Positions 60,946 to 64,000 of a stretch of 64,000 bases of DNA are shown piece after piece. Below the pieces are notes generated by a model that worked only from the letters and a program-made list of their open reading frames with translations, did not search any database and was not told where the DNA came from. The stretch's first letter is position 1. Every line of letters begins with the position of its first letter. The position numbers were made by a program, and so were the translations under genes. This stretch comes from an uncultured archaeon (GTDB lineage: Archaea > Asgardarchaeota > Thorarchaeia > Thorarchaeales > Thorarchaeaceae): contig CAZSWP010000015.1 in the NCBI GenBank assembly GCA_964610875.1, positions 1-64,000 on the forward strand, in the 5' to 3' direction.

Positions 60946-61977
60946 TTATCCGAACAGGCCTCCCATGCCTGCTACTGATTCTTCTTCCTCTTCGTCCTCG
61001 TCTTCTTCCTCTTCAGCAGAGGTTGTATCTGCTGTTGTAGTTTCAGCGGCTGCGGCAGCAGATGCTGCAGCTTTGACTTGTCCAAGAACTTCGGAGGGGA
61101 TTGCTTCAGGGTCTTTCTCAGAGATGACTGCCGCTAGTGCGAACGCCTCTGAATTTGCTTTAGCCAAAAACTCGTTGAGCATCTCTGGGACAAAGAATCC
61201 TACATTTATTGCTAGACTCTTGGCTTCCATATTGGCTTTGGCGATGATTAGCGGAATCGTGTCTGCTGTTGGATAGCTAGCATTTACTGAGAGATTGATA
61301 GCATATTGATGACCTGCAATGACTGATTGGAATAGAGCATCTAGGTCAACTTCAAAGCTATCCTGAGTCATAACGGCGCCATCTGTATAAGCCGCAATCA
61401 GCTTGAGTTGAAGTTCCATTGGTTCAATTCCCAGACGTCCAAGCATTTGTGCCATGGCATTGGAAATCACTTCTCCTGCTTCTACAGCAACGGTGTCTTC
61501 TGTGACGTGAATAACGCCACCCTTGACCCGTGATGGTATCTTCAACGCTGCAAGTTCGCTGATGAAAGGACCTGGTGCCACGCCTGTATTCATGGCTGGC
61601 ACAATGATTTCCTTCGGAGAGACTTGCCCTCCTTTGGCAGGAGCTGCAGCTTTATTCTCACTGAGAAACTTGCTTAATACAAAGGGGTCTTGATTGCTAA
61701 ATACGAATGCAATTGGGCCTCTCACATGTTCATTGAGTTTCTCTATCCCCTTCAGACCAGATTTTTCAATTGCTCTGGTCATCAGAGTGTTTCTAGCCAT
61801 TTTAATGGTAGCAGATCCTCTGAGGCTATCTCTGATACCTTGGAGTTGTTTTGCACCAACTCCCTCTACATTGACAAGGCCAATCATCTTACTCGACTTG
61901 ATGGTCTCAGCAAGATCATTGACCGTGTCAATCTTCCATTGAGGGATTTCGCGTTCATACACACTCAATATTTTCAC
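60946..61977 (-). CDS. rplP0: Ribosomal protein uL10 (P0)
   Basis: IPQWK, MARNTL, TGVAPGP, acidic tail GMGGLFG. Confidence 0.96.
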   Translation of the reverse strand: MKILSVYEREIPQWKIDTVNDLAETIKSSKMIGLVNVEGVGAKQLQGIRDSLRGSATIKMARNTLMTRAIEKSGLKGIEKLNEHVRGPIAFVFSNQDPFVLSKFLSENKAAAPAKGGQVSPKEIIVPAMNTGVAPGPFISELAALKIPSRVKGGVIHVTEDTVAVEAGEVISNAMAQMLGRLGIEPMELQLKLIAAYTDGAVMTQDSFEVDLDALFQSVIAGHQYAINLSVNASYPTADTIPLIIAKANMEAKSLAINVGFFVPEMLNEFLAKANSEAFALAAVISEKDPEAIPSEVLGQVKAAASAAAAAETTTADTTSAEEEEDEDEEEEESVAGMGGLFG

Positions 61978-61979
61978 CT

Positions 61980-62636
61980 CTAGAGGGATATTGTTACAGA
62001 TGGTCCCATGGTGGTCTTCACCATGACACTTCCTACTCTTTCATAGAGTTCTTTGTTATTAACAAAGTTCAGAATTGCAACAATATTCTCCGCAATCTCC
62101 TTGTCACTCATTTTGACGTGACCCACTTTAACGTGGAAGGTTGGGGTATTTCGCATTCTAATCCTCACTGTTCGCTGATATTGTTCAACAGCTCCAGAAA
62201 GGTCAGCCTGCGGTGGAAAAGGTCTTGGCATCTTACCACGGGGTCCAAGTGCTTGTCCAAGATATCTACCGACAAGAGGCATAGAGTCTGTAGATGCAAT
62301 AAAGAAATCATACGTCTTTGCTAATGATTTCGTACTCTTCTTCTCTTCAGCTATCTTGGCGATGTCGTCTTTGGACACAACCTGCTCAACGCCAGCCGCT
62401 CTTGCACTCTCAGCAAATTCTCCATCACCGAAAGCACATACTTTTGCTGGTGGATAGAGATAGTTTGGAAGAACCACTTCTTGGTTCAGACGATTCTCAG
62501 GCTTTGACAAATCAAGCTCTTTTCTTCTAAAGTTCACAGCAATATCAAAACTCTGTTCGAAATTGATACCTCGTTCGGTACCCTTGGTTCGAGCTTCTGC
62601 GACTGCTGCTTCAATAGCATCCATGTCATACGACAT
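61980..62636 (-). CDS. rpl1: Ribosomal protein uL1
   Basis: NFEQSFD, LGPRGKMP, KTTMGP. Confidence 0.96.
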   Translation of the reverse strand: MSYDMDAIEAAVAEARTKGTERGINFEQSFDIAVNFRRKELDLSKPENRLNQEVVLPNYLYPPAKVCAFGDGEFAESARAAGVEQVVSKDDIAKIAEEKKSTKSLAKTYDFFIASTDSMPLVGRYLGQALGPRGKMPRPFPPQADLSGAVEQYQRTVRIRMRNTPTFHVKVGHVKMSDKEIAENIVAILNFVNNKELYERVGSVMVKTTMGPSVTISL

Positions 62637-62637
62637 T

Positions 62638-63153
62638 TTAATCGTCCTCCCTCAGAGGCTCATCCAGTTGAGCGTCCCAAACTCCCTGGCGGACTTCCTC
62701 TTGGAACTCCTTTGGAGTCTTCCCTTCAATAGTGACACCTAGAGAAATACAAGTGCCTGATACAATCATTACAGCAGTCTTCATTTCCAGAGCTGTGAGA
62801 TCCTTTGCCTTTGCTTTGGCAACATTCTTCAGCTGGCCAATCGTAAGATTGCCGATTATGTTCTCATTTGGAGTACCAGAACCCTTTGGCGCATCAATCT
62901 CTTTGAGTATGAGTGCGCTTGTTGGTGGAATACCAACAACTATCTCGAATTGCTTGGTGGCTGGGTCAACAATGATGTCAACTGGGACTTTCAACCCAAC
63001 AAATGACTGAGTAGCTTCGTTGATGGCAGTGACAACCTGAAAGATGTTCACTCCTGTTGGACCAAGTGCTGGACCAATTGGAGGACCACCGGATGCCTTT
63101 CCGCCTTCCACTAGTGCAGATACAGTAATCTTTTCTTCACTCAATTTATTCAC
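62638..63153 (-). CDS. rpl11: Ribosomal protein uL11
   Basis: GGKASGGPPIGPALGP, PPTSALI, GTCISLG. Confidence 0.97.
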   Translation of the reverse strand: MNKLSEEKITVSALVEGGKASGGPPIGPALGPTGVNIFQVVTAINEATQSFVGLKVPVDIIVDPATKQFEIVVGIPPTSALILKEIDAPKGSGTPNENIIGNLTIGQLKNVAKAKAKDLTALEMKTAVMIVSGTCISLGVTIEGKTPKEFQEEVRQGVWDAQLDEPLREDD

Positions 63154-63385
63154 GGCTCCTGATGCAGTAACAAAAACCCATCATTTGATGGATTGGACTT
63201 GTCGACCATACGGAGAGAAATAGTCCAACATCCAATATGGTCTACTGCATACAATATCATTCCGTTTTCACCCCTGACATAGATGTCAATGCTCTATGTC
63301 CATTTAAGGAGATGATACGATGCCCTCAAAGTTATGTTAAAAGCATTACGGACTGGTAGAATATGAAATGAAGCCTTTAAATTAT

Positions 63386-64000
63386 TCAATCATGTGTCCA
63401 GAATGAGTCTTCGTCATCAAAGGCGTCAGAGTCAAATATCTCGTCCTCTTCTTCGCCCTCTTCTTCTTGGACACCTTCCTCCGGTCGTGCTTTCTCTACA
63501 ATCTTTGCAAAGTCTGCGTGAGTTCTCAGAGGTATTGTATGAGGGCTATCAAGTAATTCTACAATGAGTTCTTCTTTCGCAGTATCGACTCTGGTGACTT
63601 TGGCTCTCTCACCTTTGAATGGACCAGATGTCAATTCTACAACATCACCTACATTGATACCCTCTGCTGCAGGTTTTGGTACAAGCCATTTGTCAATCTC
63701 ATCAAAGGTAACCTTTCCACCCACTCGTCCTCTAACATGAGGAACTCCTGAGATTGCAATCTCTACATCTCGGAACTCCAGAGTTTCTAAGAACACATAC
63801 CCTCTGAGTGTTTCAGGTACTAGGATGGCTTTTACTCTACCAAGAAGCTGGTTTTGAGATACAAGTTTCGGTTTGCGGTCGTCTTTTTTCTTCTTCTTTT
63901 TACAGGTCTTCATGTGCTTTATTACAATCGCTTCTGATGAGAACTCGCTTGTACAAAATGGACATTCCCAGACATCTTCCTGACCGATTACAGCTGTAGT
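63386..64000 (-). CDS. spt5: Transcription elongation factor Spt5/NusG (5' end beyond the window)
   Basis: AILVPETLRGYVFLE (NGN), GDVVELTSGPFKGE (KOW); frame stays open to position 64000. Confidence 0.93.
   Translation of the reverse strand, partial: TTAVIGQEDVWECPFCTSEFSSEAIVIKHMKTCKKKKKKDDRKPKLVSQNQLLGRVKAILVPETLRGYVFLETLEFRDVEIAISGVPHVRGRVGGKVTFDEIDKWLVPKPAAEGINVGDVVELTSGPFKGERAKVTRVDTAKEELIVELLDSPHTIPLRTHADFAKIVEKARPEEGVQEEEGEEEDEIFDSDAFDDEDSFWTHD

Noticed and set aside
60893-61276. Poly-Ser ORF and TCT/TCC repeats
   Set aside because: Reverse complement of the acidic tails of uL10 and P1
1-64000. CRISPR array, rRNA, SRP RNA, RNase P RNA, provirus, replication origin
   Set aside because: No repeat-spacer periodicity, conserved RNA signatures, integrase/capsid genes or cdc6 with ORB clusters recognised by eye

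Overview
Archaeal chromosomal window, mostly core housekeeping genes. These cover translation (uL16, uL11-uL1-uL10-P1/L12, aEF1B, aIF2B, aIF1A, Nmd3, Rio1, Dim2, SRP54, Spt5), DNA metabolism (Hef, Fen1, RPA32-like, Topo VI A/B, UDG), A/V-ATPase subunits F/A/B, Cdc48, glycine cleavage P subunits, DeoC/AOR and tRNA-modification enzymes. There are four tRNAs, two of them with non-canonical D-loop introns. Gene content, notably a ribophorin-I-like protein, suggests an Asgard archaeon, probably Thorarchaeia (inference, not verified). Most notable: (1) a compact three-gene 7-deazaguanine DNA-modification-like cassette at 10.1-12.7 kb (DpdA, a stand-alone ArcS-core/DUF5591 protein and a divergent DUF6884/YaaA-like protein) with no dpdB/C or restriction genes in the window; (2) a 986-aa DOMON[FKBP insert]-Ig-ribophorin I-TM-coiled-coil fusion head-to-head with the Alg7/AglH-type GlcNAc-1-P transferase; (3) a C2HC zinc finger plus poly-Lys inside the Spt5 NGN region; (4) a candidate GC-rich sRNA with anti-SD CCUCC motifs, a 29-aa microprotein, two VirB2/CedA1-like pilin candidates, and IS/MITE debris next to tRNAs. 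All family calls come from motif recognition by eye; no database searches were run.
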